A stretch of 64,000 nucleotides of DNA from Microthyrium microscopicum (lineage: Eukaryota), in NCBI GenBank assembly GCA_010405405.1, contig MU004233.1, positions 2,148,539-2,212,538 on the forward strand, in the 5' to 3' direction. Positions 44,407-57,832 of the stretch are shown piece after piece. Under the pieces are notes generated by a model that had not been told where the DNA came from, made no database searches, and worked only from the letters and a program-made list of their open reading frames with translations. The translations under genes were made by a program, and so were the position numbers. Within the stretch, counting starts at the first letter, position 1; every line of letters begins with the position of its first letter.

Positions 44407-46159
44407 ATGCTGGCTACTCTTAGAACGCAGGCGCTGCTGTTGGTATCTGTATTATGTGCAACATCCTTGGCTGAGGATGTTCAAGTAGTATTGCAGAACA
44501 AGACGCCATTCAAGGTAAAAGATTGAAAGTTTCATCTTGTCAATCAGAACTCATTCTAACATATCCTCCCAAGTAGTTCGACTCCAATGGCGCTGGACCA
44601 CTAGATGTCTCATTTGGTCCAATTTTCTGGCTAAACAACACATACCACTGGATTGGCGCATCTTCAACTAATCCAAGCTGTACCTTACCAAATCCACCCA
44701 AAGGACAATGTGGTCTCCGTTCGTTTCAAAGTACGGATCTACAAACCTGGAATGATGAAGGTATATTCGCCGACTTGACAGACCCTGCTTTCAGTAGCTT
44801 CCATGGAGATACCGGAATGGTCTTGGGCAGACCACATATGCTGTATAACGAGAAAACCAAATTGTACGTCCTCTGGGCCAATTCCGCCGGTGCTTTTGCT
44901 TCATGGACTTCACCCAATGTGCTTGGTCCCTGGAAGTTAATAGGCAAGGTCCCTGTACCAGCAGGGACGATGTTTGGAGGCGATTTTACCGTGCGTGCTC
45001 TCAACGGTTCGGCGTTCCTGTCTTTCAGCTCGTTCAACTTTGCTGCTGCAGGAACAATCTGGCCGCCGTTTGATACCATTCAGGTACTCCAGGAGCTTAC
45101 GCCGGACTACACCAACATCACAACTGGCCCGTATTCGTTGATCACGACAGCAGCTAAAGACCAAGTCGATCGCAGCACCGAAGCTGCCGACCTCTTCGAG
45201 CGAGACGGTACTTTCTACTGGACTGGATCCGCGACATGTGGCAATTGCAACGACGGCATCATGATCGTCTACCGCACCCGTGATCTCCGCAACGGGCCCT
45301 GGACGCGGCAGATCATTTCCGGCGATACCTGCGGTGGCCAGTCAGCTGGAGTGTTGGTAGCCAGTAACTCGGCCGGCGAGAAGACATACATACATTCCGC
45401 CGATCTCTGGCGCGGCGATGGATCAATCATGCTACATGGCAAGAACTTGCAGCCACTGGAATTCAATGCGGATGGTAGCGTGAAGAAGCTCAATTGCGAT
45501 CCTGAGGCGAGCTGGAAATTCTCCGTGCGGAAAGGCGATGGACCACAGAACAGTGGCAAGAGTGTGTTGTTTACGGATCGCAGTGATCCGTTGCAGAACT
45601 ATACGTACACATGCGATTTGTACATCAACAACGTCTACCAGACGTGGCAATCATCCAAGGCTGGTCTGTTGACGGAGGTGGGGATCAATATGGGCGCGTT
45701 GAACACTACGACGCCCTTCCAGATTGGTTTATACACATATAACTCGAACAAGGATTTCCTGACACCTTGTAAGCTTTATCCTCCCCAACTAAACCAATAC
45801 CTTCGCTAACAGTCCCAGCCGTCCGATTCAACAACCTATACAACCGCACCCTAGCATGGTCAGAAGTTCCCGTAGGAGCAGGTCTCGTCACCATTCAACC
45901 AAACGTCACCGTGTCCGCAGGCCAAAAGCTAGCATTATTCATTACTGGCCCTGCGAATCCAGCAGGTGGACCTGTAGCGGCAGGAAACTACTGCTACCTC
46001 AATAAGGCTGCGATCAATGCGAACTTTGACGTGGAGAAGGATACGAGGACGTTGTTCTTTAATCAGATTGGAGATATTAGTCCGAAGGGAGAAGACGGGA
46101 CGCAGAGTCCGGTCAAGGTGACTGGGAGGGAGTTGAGTTGGTATAGTATTGTGAAATAG
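44407..46159 (+). CDS. Secreted glycoside hydrolase, GH43-like five-bladed beta-propeller (near subfamily 24) with C-terminal domain
   Basis: Signal peptide; introns 44515-44576 and 45769-45818. Motifs RSFQSTDLQTW, GRPHMLYNEKTKLYVLW, EAADLFERDGTFYWTGS, CGGQS and SADLW. Confidence 0.7.
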
Positions 46160-46904
46160 CTTGAAATATAACGAGCGGCCATGATTGTCAAGAAGTGATA
46201 ATCTCGCGGGATACGAAATACGAAAAAGATGCATGAAGGCTTTGACATGGCCTAGCAGTGATGAATCAAGCACCCAACTTTTTCCTAACCACTATCAGCC
46301 AACGAGTCGCCTACTGTAGAGCTGCTGATTATTGCTCGGCTGCAAGACTGGAATGTACAAGCTATTGCCACTGTCAAAAACTTAAAAAGGCATTAAGTGA
46401 CCAACCGTTTAAAGCTGATTGGCTTGGCTATGATATTGTATGCCAAGAGAGTACGACTGAGTGTGGCTTGGAAGCGCTCAGTGGGCACGCGACAAGAGCA
46501 GACTAATTTTACAAAGTTACTAGCACGTTACTGAGTGAATCAGAGTCTCGGGAAGCTTTTGTACTGTTGAGAGACATTGGCCGTAAGATGCCGATGCCAC
46601 GTCTTGTCTCTTGGCAGATATCAGGACTTCATGACCTCATGGGGCGAGATATCTTGGTTGGTATGATCGATGTTCAAGAAAGATTAAGATAAAAAAGGTG
46701 TCTGGATTACAATTGGGTGCTGACCTGATGTCTCTCAGCCGCAGAATTTTACGAAGCAGAAAAGACTGAAGTTCGCTTTCAAGTGGTCAGCACTTTTCCC
46801 CTGAGCTCCATTTGTTTTCCTGTCAATTATCAGCCTCTCCAAGTTCTCCAACTTCAAGCATCCGTTCCATTTGGACTTTAATCTACAATAACTCGATCGC
46901 GAGG

Positions 46905-48109
46905 ATGGCCTCCAGGCGGTTAATTCTATCGTATGTGATAGACTGGATAGTAATAATGTGAGTATGCATCTTCACCAAGACGCGTCGTTGCAGTTGCTGA
47001 CCCCCTTCAAGAATAATAGCAGCCATAGGAGCAGGCTTCAACTTCACTGGTTCATACCACAGGCCTTTCTCCTTAGTCGATCTCAGCATTTCATATCCAT
47101 ACGTGCCGGAACAGATCTCAACATGGTTGTTGGTTCTCATCACATTGATTCTTCCCGCGATAATCATATTTGTTGTTTGTTTACTTTTGTTTCCTGCGAG
47201 GTCGAGGGATGCAGCCGTTTCATCGAAATTGATCTGGAGAAGAAAGTTGTGGGAATTGAATAGTAAGTGTCCTATAATCTAGTGCATGTTTTCTACTGAT
47301 TCCACAAAGCTGGATGGATGGGGCTGGCCCTTAGTTTGGCTCTTCAGTTCATGCTCGTTCAGGGAATGAAGAACTTGTTTGGCAAACCAAGACCAGATCT
47401 TCTGAGCAGGTGTCAACCAGATATTGCGAATTACAAAAATCACATCTTATCTGGTACCGCGTTTGGCACAGAGTTCAATCCTGCTTGGGTTCTGGTGGGA
47501 GACACCATCTGTCAACAAACCGACAAAAGCCTATTGAACGATGGCTTCCGGAGTTTTCCAAGCGGCCATGCATCTTGTACGTACAAACAAGCTGGATATA
47601 TAAGAGAATAGCTAACCACCATAGTCTCCTGGGGAGGTCTATTCTACCTCGCCCTCTTCCTAGCATCGAAATTCAGCATCGCGATTCCTTACGCGCCCGG
47701 CCGACTTGCTTCAGACGACCCCGACGATCTGATTCTTCCACAATCCGAACAAGAATCCGAACAAATGTGGTCACTTAGCACATTATCGCAACGGAATCGC
47801 GCAGCAGCTCCTCCACTTCCAGCACTTGCACTTCCTCTTGTTCCAATCTGCGTTGCGATATACATTACTTCGACGCGATACTTTCAGTTCTACCACCACG
47901 GATTCGATCTATTATTCTCCTCCTTGTTGGGAACTGCAGGAGCGTGGCTTGCATTCCGCTGGTATCATCCTGCGATTTCTGGCGGAGCGGGATGGTCTTG
48001 GGGTCCGAGAACTATCAATCGTGCTTTCATGATTGCTGTGGGGAGAGGCGGATATGTTGGAAGGGAAGGATGGTCGTCTCGAGGTCCGAAGGAACCTGCC
48101 TCACGATAA
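46905..48109 (+). CDS. PAP2-family lipid phosphate phosphatase
   Basis: Multi-exon. SYVIDW, RPFSLVDLSISYP, C1 KNLFGKPRPDLLSRC, C2 SFPSGH and C3 STRYFQFYHHGFD. Confidence 0.88.
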
Positions 48110-48919
48110 TGGAAACACTACGAATTACCAGATCATATTTTAAAAACCTGACAACTGCGATATTGTTTAACAGAATCGTTGGTTGAGCATCGCTCGATAC
48201 CCTCCCAACCAATGCATGACCGAATATCACGCAACCAAGGCAACCCATACATTCCCAGCTTATTTCGAACGATGGAACATTCTTCAAAAAACTCTGGTGT
48301 TCGAGAATATTCTTGTATCCCATTCCATTCAAAACCAGCAAGTGCATCCGAAATCGGCATCTGATGTCCCGCCCTACATTGATGCATGCATGCAGCTCGT
48401 GTTGGTCCCTGAAGGATCAACAACAATGTCATCCAGCCAAGTTGCACATCGATAAGACACCTCCCATATTTATAGGGTAAGTTATAGGGTAATAGCTTGT
48501 TTGCTGGTGGTTATCAACAGCTCGCGACCATGTCATCAGACTCCACAACCCGGCTATAAACGGCGCAATCACAATTGCTGCGGGGCCTAAAAACTCAATC
48601 CTTTTTGATGTGGAGATTTTCCCAACCAACAGGCACCTTTTGCTTAGGGCGCGTGTACTTTTGGGAGGGCGCGCGTGTGCGTTGAGATAAGGACAGCTCA
48701 CAAGCTCATGGGATTGAGCTGGGTGGATATAAGATAAGACTGTTGTCACATCGGATATTCGATATCCAAACGAGCTATCCCTTCATAACTGCGATAGGCA
48801 TAGGCAGTTACATATCTACAGCTATCAGAGCTCTTCATTGCACAATACAGAAGTTCGCGATATCTATCAACTTTCCAACAACACTCAATTGACCAACATC
48901 ATCCCAAACGACCACCAAA

Positions 48920-50044
48920 ATGGCAATCGAAACTCCTCCAACAGCTCCACCTCCAAAGCTCTGGAGAAAAACTCCCCTCATCGAATCCCGCACTCTCTCC
49001 AACAGCGCCGGCTGGTAAGCACCCACCCATCCTCATCTCTATCCCAGATGACCCCAAACTAACCACACTCCCAGCCGCATCCACCTAAAGCTCGAAAACC
49101 ACCAACCATCCGGCTCCTTCAAATCCCGCGGCATAGGCTCCTATATGCTCTCCATCCTCTCCTCCCGCTCCTCCACCTCACCCACCCCACACTTCTATTC
49201 CTCCTCCGGCGGCAACGCCGGCCTCGCATGCGTCGCCGCTGCCCTCACCCTCGGCTGTCCTGCCAGCGTCGTCGTCCCACTGTCCACAAAGCCCCTCATG
49301 ATCGAGAAGATCAAAGCGGCCGGCGCAAGCCAAGTTCTCCAACATGGCAAGAGCTGGCAGGAGGCCGACGACTATTTAAGACAAGTGGTGTTGCCGAATG
49401 ATAAAGCGGGTGTATATGTGCCGCCGTTTGATGCACCAGCGATCTGGGCGGGGCATGGGACGTTGGTAACTGAAGTGGTTGAGCAGTTGGGTGGGGTGGA
49501 GCCGCAGGCTGTTGTGTGTAGTGTTGGGGGAGGGGGGTTGTTTTGTGGGATTGTTAGGGCGTTGGAGGAGAGGGGGTCGCAGACGAGTGTTGTGGCGGTT
49601 GAGACGAAGGGTGCGGAGAGTTTGGCGGAGAGTTTGAAGGCGGGCGAGGTGGTTACGTTGAAGGGAATTAGTAGCCAGGCTACGTCGTTGGGGGCGGTGA
49701 GGGTTGCTGAGGAGGCGTGGAGATTGGCGAAGAGTGAAAGGGTGCATAGTGTTGTGTTGGATGATAGGGAGGCAGAGCGTGGATGCGTGATGCTTGCGGA
49801 GCAAGAGAGAGTTATGGTGGAGTTGGCTTGCGGCGTCAATGTGGCTATGTGCCAGCCGGGCTATTTGGAAAAGGCATTGGGTAGGCCGGTACGAGCTGAT
49901 GATGTGGTTGTCATTGTGGTCTGTGGCGGTAGCAACGTTACCATTGAGATGTTGTGTCAATGGAAGAAGGACGATATTGAACGACGAGAGGCGAATGGAA
50001 AGACGGGCGTCAACATGGAAATCATTCAGAAGAAGGATGGTTGA
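48920..50044 (+). CDS. PLP-dependent L-serine/threonine dehydratase (CHA1-like)
   Basis: One intron near 49015-49074. WRKTPLIES, LKLENHQPSGSFKSRGIG (PLP Lys), SSGGNAG, CSVGGGGL, VELACG and VVCGGSN. Confidence 0.9.
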
Positions 50045-50519
50045 ATTGCAGCACAGTAATGCCGTCTCCGAAACTAATCTAGATCATACAACGATAGCAA
50101 TATTATTCAGCGTTCAAAAGTCGAAAGTTGATCCGACTCCCAAATGACCAGTGACCACAAGACTTACCGGAAGGAGATAACCAGGACCAGACATACTGTA
50201 TAATGATCGGGCAACCCTCAGGCATACACTCTCGAGCCAGCCAAAATGTATACAAGAAGACGAAATGTCACTCAGGCAGATTGGAGAGAAGAAGCATATC
50301 ACCAATGGTTATACGGCAAGTCGCCCGAACGACGCCTCCACTGTTAATGTGATGTAATGCTTGAAAAGCTCCGAGATAGGCCACAAAGTGCTGTTCATTC
50401 ATCTACTTACAATGATGCCATGGTATCCCATGATGCACAATGCAAACCCGCCAATCAAGTCAAGTTTTGTGCTGATGAATCGTAACCCGAAAAACTCCTG
50501 ATCATGTTCCATCTAGCCT

Positions 50520-51235
50520 TTACCGAACAATTCCTTCAAAGCGGCTCTTGTACCACTTGACGGTCTCAACTTGAGTGACCTTGTGTCCGAATCCGATTCT
50601 TGACTTTGCGCGGCGGCGCTTGGCAACACGCTCACCTGGGCGAGTCCTATATTATATTAATATTATGATTATGGTGTCGTAAGCCGGAAGTGACATACAT
50701 GCAGCAGTAGAAGTCCATGCCGTAGATACCGATAGATGGGTCGTACTTGATTCCCAAATCGATGTGTTCGCTAATACCGAAGCCAAAGTTGCCAGTCTCG
50801 GAGAAGTTGCGCTTTCGTAGTTCGTACTCTTTGACTTTGAGGCCACGCTCTAGAATTTCCTCGGCCTTGGGGCCACGGACAGTGACGTGGACAGCGATCT
50901 TTTCGTTACGACGGATACCGAAGGTACGGACGGTGTAGCGGGCCTTGCCTGTAGAGAGGAGTGTGTATTAGTCCAATGTTCAGACGTCTTTGTGGGTGAG
51001 TATCAACGTACTGTAGACTGGTGTTTGACCGCTCAATTGTTCGAGCACTTTCGCAGCACGAGTCAGTCTATCACCAGATTCACCGACAGAGATGTTGAGA
51101 ACGAGTTTTTGAATGCGCAAATCCCGCATGGGGTTGCTGCCGGTCTTTTCTCCGTCTCCAGCCTAGAGATCAATTAGCATTGGATGGAAATCCTGCTGCT
51201 CTGGAGGCAGAGCTGTCGCATTGAAGGCTCACCAT
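50520..51235 (-). CDS. RPL11: 60S ribosomal protein L11 (uL5)
   Basis: ATG-only first exon at 51235-51233, then [40 protein letters not shown] ... [36 protein letters not shown] ... KSRFEGIVR*. Three introns. Confidence 0.97.
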
Positions 51236-51528
51236 TTTTGTTATGGGTGATAGAGAGCGAATTGGCGGGGAATAAAGTTGGTGATGGGGAGAAATAATGG
51301 CGAGAGACGTTGGAGGAGTAATTTTGGAGTGGTGTGGACGCCAAGACCAGCAAAATGCACGGACCACTCAAGGTTGCAACCTCTCGTGCTCCAAATATTT
51401 GAACTTCGAAGCTCCAGCCCTCGACAACATCCACTGACCACGCTGAATATTCGCCATTGCACTCTCCTGTTGCCAATTTCTCGAATCGTAAAGTCGCAGA
51501 ATCGGGCGCGCACGCGAAGCCGCCCATC
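51236..51528. promoter_or_regulatory. Short bidirectional promoter shared by RPL11 and SmB
   Basis: Only ~293 bp separate the head-to-head start codons of two conserved housekeeping genes. Confidence 0.7.
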
Positions 51529-52400
51529 ATGTCGTCCTCTAACAAGCAAGGAAAGATGGTACGTGCTGCTCAACTGCTTTTTATTTTACCATTTGCTAAC
51601 CTCTGTTCTAGACCAACTACGTAGGCGCTATCAAAATTCTTTGAAGAATATACTCTGACCAGAAATAGATCAACTATCGTATGCGAGCTACTATGAACGA
51701 TGGTCGACAGCTAGCTGGTCAAATGCTAGCCTTTGACAAGGTATGTCTCCGCATAACATTTAACGACCATCACTAACTGAATCAGCACATGAACTTAGTC
51801 CTCGCCGACACCGAAGAATTCCGACGCGTCAAGTCGAGAGGGAAGAAAAGCGGTCCACCAGGCTCAGCCCCTCCAGATGCTGAGGTCGAAGAAAAGCGTC
51901 AACTCGGACTCACCATTATTCGCGGCACACACGTCGTCTCCATCACAGTCGAAGGCCCACCTCCAGCAGATCCAGCAGCGCGACTTGGTGCCGGAGCACC
52001 TGGAGGACCTCCGCCTCCTACACTTCAAGCTGGGCCTGGTATAAGTCGACCAGCTGGACGAGGCCTTCCTATCGGTCTAACAGGACCCGCGGCTGGAGTT
52101 GGTGGACCTGCTCCTGGCTTTCCACCAGGCGGATTCCCTCCTCCAGGAGGATTTGCTGGACGTGGTGGACCTCCTCGTAAGTTCTGAATTGTTCTAAGAG
52201 TTATTCAGTGTGACTAACGATAAATAGCTGGCTTCCCTCCTGGTGGCTTTCCCCCAGGTGGCCCACCCGGTAAGTTTTTCCAAACCAGACGTATGCAAAC
52301 TCGTGCTTACCCAATGATAGCTGGATTTCAACCACCTCCAGGCTTCCAACCGCCTCCTGGTGGCAGAGGATTTCCTCCCGGTTTCAATCCTGGCAGATAG
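51529..52400 (+). CDS. SMB1: Small nuclear ribonucleoprotein-associated protein B (SmB)
   Basis: Spliced [59 protein letters not shown] (Sm1/Sm2 motifs) with a G/P/F-rich tail. Includes a 9-nt micro-exon at 51612-51620. Confidence 0.95.
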
Positions 52401-53007
52401 AGAAAGGTATTGGTAATGGTAAGAAGAATGATGCATGACAGCGCCCGTTCTGCTGGCTGTACGAAGGACATATATCGCACCACTGACAACCTGGTATTGG
52501 CAAGTGGAAACCTCTGGACATTCCAGGTACGTGTTATTGCCATCGGTTAGACAGAAAATGCAATTAACACGTTCCAAGCCAAATTTAAGAGTAATGAATT
52601 GTTATACGAATGAGAGGGAAGTATGGCTTAAATAATGATCAAAACATGATCATGATGACAACCCCTGGTAATGGCGGACAGCTTTGTCCACACATCGGAT
52701 AGAAGGCATACCTCTATGTCTTGACAGCTGGGTTGAAGTGAAACGCAACGCCGCTCAGTACATATTTTGACCACTATATGTTGCGTTATGCAAAGTCATG
52801 TTCCTGAGCCTGCGCACCAGATATATCCGTTCTCGTTAAAACTCTTATATGATCATACAATTTGGCACTTCCTGTAATTCTCCATTTGAGAAGTCACAAA
52901 TGGATCAATTACACCGGCCTTGCAACTTCTGGCCATTTCCTTCATGGCGTCCTGTAGCATCACATTACATCTAATACCCTTTCGACTGTGAGTCGATACT
53001 CAAACAC

Positions 53008-55114
53008 TCAAACAGCCCACGCCAAAGCCAAGGGCATCACAACACGTCCTATCATCCACATACCGGGCCTCGATCCCGCGGCCATACTCTTCTTCGCGGC
53101 CCCTCCCGTAGCCTTCGCTGCCGCTGCTGCCGCCGATGAAGACGAGGCCGAAGCAGACGATGCAGCCGCTTTGCTCTCCGCAGCTTTCACCTGAGCCAAC
53201 GCCGTACTCGCCGGCACATACTCCCTCCCACTCTCCGCCTGTTTATCAAACGCCAAACACGCCGTCGGTAATCCACTTGCTATCTGATAAATCTTCTTCT
53301 GCGTCTGCACTGGGCCCAGACCTGGTATAGCGAGCTTTGCCTGCGCGGATAGATCGACTGCGAACGATACTCTTGGAACGAGATTCAAGAGATTGGGGAA
53401 CTGGGATAGGAAGGTAGAGTCTGTGGAGTCTTCTATCATCTCATTTGTAGTATTCTGATTCGTGGAGCTCTGGTTTGTAATGGCTTTCTTGGTGTTGTTG
53501 GCCGCGTTGCAGTTGATGTCTACGGTGTCCGCTGAGAGTGGCGTGATGGTTGTGGAAAGGGTGGGGAGTTCGAGAGCTGCATCGGCGGTGGCGTTGATTT
53601 TGCCGTCGAGGAGAAGGATGCCGACTTGGATGTTGGGTTTGATTGTCAAGGATGTCGTGAGGTTTAAATTGTCCACGTTGGCCTGGAAGGGGAGGGCTTT
53701 GAGAGTCGTGTTTGCGCTGGGGACGGTCAGTTTGTTTGTGAGAACTGTCCAGGGAATACTTACAAGCCTATCACAGATGATCTTTCTGGGTGGGCGAGAT
53801 CGATTGCAATCTGGGAGCCGCTTGGAACCTGGTCGCTTGATATTAGAGGTGACTTTGCACGAGAGGAGTTTATCTTACTGTCAGATCGAATCCAGCTGTA
53901 AAGGTAACATTAGCTGCAACGGTCACGCTGAACACCAGATCAAGAGAACTTGTCAATCCCAAAGCACCGAAATTTGGAATCTGACAGGATTAGCTCTGAA
54001 GCTTATGTAGTGTATTCGACAAACTCGACACCTACCTGGAATCCCACAGGGGAAGGTGGTGCTGCAATCAGAGTATATGTAAAAGATTGTGTACCCAACT
54101 GTGGCGATATTGACAACTCGATATGGGCCGTCACATTGTTTGCTTGCAGTATCGCCTTCCCTGAGCCGAATATATCAGCGAAAGAGCCATTGTTCCTCAG
54201 GTTTGTGATATTCAAGTTTGGAGGCTGGATGTTCGAGTCTGTAAGAGTAATCAACCCGGTTGTCTCGCATCGTACACAACCAACGGTGATTGGCAATGCT
54301 ACCGGACCAAGATTGGATAAGTCGAGCGTCTTGTTCACTGCACTGAATGACAGGTTTCCAGATACACTCTGAACTTGTGATGCATTGGCGGGAGATGGAG
54401 TAATTGCTGAGCCTGAAAATTGGCCACGCTTTGCAAGACGGGATGGATGGAGAATTTGATGCTGTGCTGTCGATTGTTCGTACTTGAAGGAGAATTCAAA
54501 AGATGTTTCGGACCATCTTGCTTCATCCACTTCAAAGAGTAATGCTCCCTCTCTAGGCGAAGTGATCGAACGAACCCTGTGACGGTGTTAGGCAGCGAGA
54601 CAATAGAGACAGAAACTGGAAATTTTACGAATAGACCACGCGCTCTCCATCTGTCCCACAGCCACTATGAGATGTGATCATATAGCTCCCAACAACGTTG
54701 CTCCAAGTCGCGAGACTCTCTTCTGATATCTTTTCATCACCTATCTCAATTTCTAAGTGGGAAGAAGAGACGCAATCGATAGAACGAAGTAAGTGATCGT
54801 AGTCCTCCAACAGTAAGAATGGTTTCTTATTCTGTAATCGAACCGCCATAGTTGGAGCTGTGGAATGTGTCGAAACATCGTATCGATCTATTGAAACTTT
54901 TAGTTTTTGCGCACGCAAAGTTATCTCACGACTCACTATCCATGAAGTGGAGCTCCGCATGAGTTGTTAAAGATATAGCAGTGGCTCTTTCCGAAAGATG
55001 TCTCCTAGTTGCAGCATGCAGTGTGTAAAGGCCAGACTCTTCACTGGCATGGATTGCAGCAGTCACGAATGATATCGAACTTAAAAACCACAATATAACG
55101 AGTTGAAGATACAT
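53008..55114 (-). CDS. Secreted, probably GPI-anchored cell-surface protein (DUF7029/DUF7223-like)
   Basis: Signal peptide MYLQLVILWFLSSISFVTA; several introns. ITSHSGCGTDGERVVY, CVRCETTG and LPTACLAFD segments. Ser/Ala-rich stalk and hydrophobic C-terminal GPI-type signal. Domain names are from memory. Confidence 0.65.
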
Positions 55115-57433
55115 TTTGACTAAAAAAAAAAACTGCACACAATGTCAAAACACCTTCGACTCATATTTCGATTTGCCTTCTCTTTATCAGTTTACCTCGC
55201 CCTTCATCACAGCAATACCCTTTCATGCCACAGTGTATCGAAGAACCCGACTCAAATCAGTCCCGTTTCAACAGCGTCTAGTTCCCCAGTAACTTTCAGC
55301 GCCCCAGCTATACAACAGCCAGCGATGTTGGATGTTTCCTGCACTGTGCCTAGAAGTTTCTATTTTCAGCAAAAGTGGGGGAAGTTGGGGGGCAGTGAGC
55401 TGTTGGTTTTCAGTCGGCCATACACAAGGCACATTTGTGCCAGTACAAACGTGCGGCTTAGCTGTCAACTTGTGATGGTCGCTTAATCCAACTAACACAC
55501 TACATGTCCCAATTTCTGCAATATTTTGCTGTATGGATGTTTGGGAATTTGCACTGCATTATTTGGCTTATAGTGATCCTCTCATTTCGACTGGGGAATA
55601 TGCTGGTGGGTGGTCCGAAGGATTCGTAGGATGCGGCGATGTAAATTCGTCTAGGATACGTGTGGAACGTCAACAATAAACAATCCAGGCAGGTTATTCA
55701 AGATTATGGAATATGGTGCGGGTCATTTTACAATATTGGAATTGATGCCCAAATCTGGGCAGAAAACATGGCCAGGTATTTAGGAGTTCTATGACTTCGA
55801 CCCTCCTTATACCTGTTCGGATGCTCAGCGGCTACGAAAGTGTATTGGAACTGACATGAACAGACGGAATCACAAGTTCTCTAGGCTTATTGACCATAGT
55901 AAGTGAGTAAGGGATTTCCAAGAAACCTCTTCTAAGATATCAGCAGGAACAGCTGCATATCATCAATGGAGGTATACGAGCATGATCATCAGCAGTCACA
56001 AATATATCCTCGGCTGCCCTGTTACGGTGGGAAAGGAGAGATTTCTTCGTGTGCTTCATTCCATGCCTGAAGGATCTGAATGCCTGAAGGTAACTCTGAC
56101 GATATGAGCTGCGACTTAGAGCAGGGTAGTTTTTGGAACAGGAACAGGGTGCGATCGACTTGGATTCGCTAGGTCTGAAATCCTCGCCGACCACGGTACG
56201 ATTTTGTTCTCGTTAATCTTCTTCTCAGTATTAAGCCTGTACAGATTGCATACCCGTCGGTTATGGGGATACATGTTGCGATTAGTGGTAACCATAGTGA
56301 CATACGGATACTCAGAGAGAATTGACTCCTAGATTTTACCATAGGCCTTTTGAGGTACGACAGATATGCCATGAACCTTGGATGATCGAAGTCATAGAGA
56401 TCAAGTGAGAAGGGCAACTTATTGCTGATGCCAAGTTATCGACTCAACCAGACAGTGGAGAGGATAAAAAGTTGGCTAGCTTCATGCACAATTTCACTAC
56501 TACCGCAAGCTCATGCATGAAAACAAAGATCGTGTGATGAGCTTCGTTTTTGTTACTCATCAAGTCGCTGTGGCAAAAGCAGTGCAATCGGATGATATGG
56601 TTCTATTATTGATCAATGAAAGTTTAGAAAACGCGAGAGGAGGTGGAAGCTGAAGAGAGGTCGTTGGGTAATGGGGATGTTTAGCTGCCTCTAGGAATGA
56701 GAATTCCTATTTTTGCAATCTAGCTAAAAATAGGTTAGGGGGCGTTAGCGCTGCGGATCTTCGTATATTAAGTAAGAATAATACGTTATATATAAATTTC
56801 CCCTATAGATATTTTTGAACCCTAATCCTATAATATATTAACTATAACTCTATAAATTCTAACCTAAAATAGACGTTATTAAAGCTAAGATAACTAATAT
56901 AGCTATGGTAGTAGTACTAGTAATATTAGTATACTAGTTACTATAAGAAGAGCGATTAGAATATAACTATAGGCTTCTAACTAAATATAATAGCAACTAG
57001 ATATAAAGTCTTAAAGACAAGTTAGATTAGATAACTATCGTAAAATATTAGTATATTACGCACGCTTAGTATAAAATAATAACTATAGTACTAATTAGTA
57101 TATAATAAATTATCTAAACGTAAGATTCTAATACTAGTAAATATAATAGATCTTAAAAATATATCTCTACTAAATTGAATTAATCTACCTAAGAAGGGCT
57201 TATTCCTTTTATATCTTTTATGCTATCGTTTAGTAAAGATATATACCTTTAATAATATTTATATATACTTTAATAAGAGTAAGATATTAGTAAATACTTA
57301 CTTTACTATCCTTGTTACGTATTTATATAATAAATATACTAACGTATTATTATAGTTCTATTTTTTCCTTATAGTATTAAGATATCGTTAGTATTTAAGA
57401 ACTATTAATTATTATAGTAGTATACTTAAATTT

Positions 57434-57832
57434 TAGGGCTAGATTAATAGAATATACGTTAATATTAGTAGGCTAAAGGGCGCTTAAATATAGTAAGAAT
57501 TCTATAGTAGTTATAAAGGGAACTACTACATAAAAACATAAGCTATTATTACTCCTAATAGAATATTACTAGTAGTTAATTATAGCTACTTTAGATCCTT
57601 AAATGACCCTCTAATATTAATTAATTCTAGCCTTAAAGATAAAATTTAATAGATATTTAGTAGTAGTCTACTACTTTAATTATATAGCGATGCTATATAT
57701 TTAACTAATGATATAATAATTACGCCTTATTAAGGCTCTAAGCTTCCATAATATTAAAGAGACTTTAATAAAGAACAATTTTCTATTTGTATTGCTATTA
57801 AGTAGATATTTACTATTATAAAGAACTCTTAG
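57434..57832 (+). pseudogene. Relic DDE_Tnp_4 (Harbinger) transposase catalytic core
   Basis: All in one reading frame: 57434 TAG GGC TAG ATT AAT AGA ATA TAC (WGWIDGTH after de-RIP); FYSSYKGN..K.*AIITPNR (FYSGYK..H..K.QAI.TPDG); 57680 LYSDAIY (LYGDAxY); 57764 FNKEQFSICIAIK* (FNKE.SSVRIAVE). Confidence 0.8.

Noticed and set aside
55788..56398. 13-bp inverted repeat TCTATGACTTCGA / TCGAAGTCATAGA about 600 bp apart (possible MITE)
   Set aside because: It does not extend and has no TSD; one such match is expected by chance in a window this size.
55560..56670. Possible small multi-exon minus-strand gene ending ...DHPPAYSPVEMRGSL*
   Set aside because: A plausible last exon exists, but I could not build a consistent spliced ORF or recognise any family.
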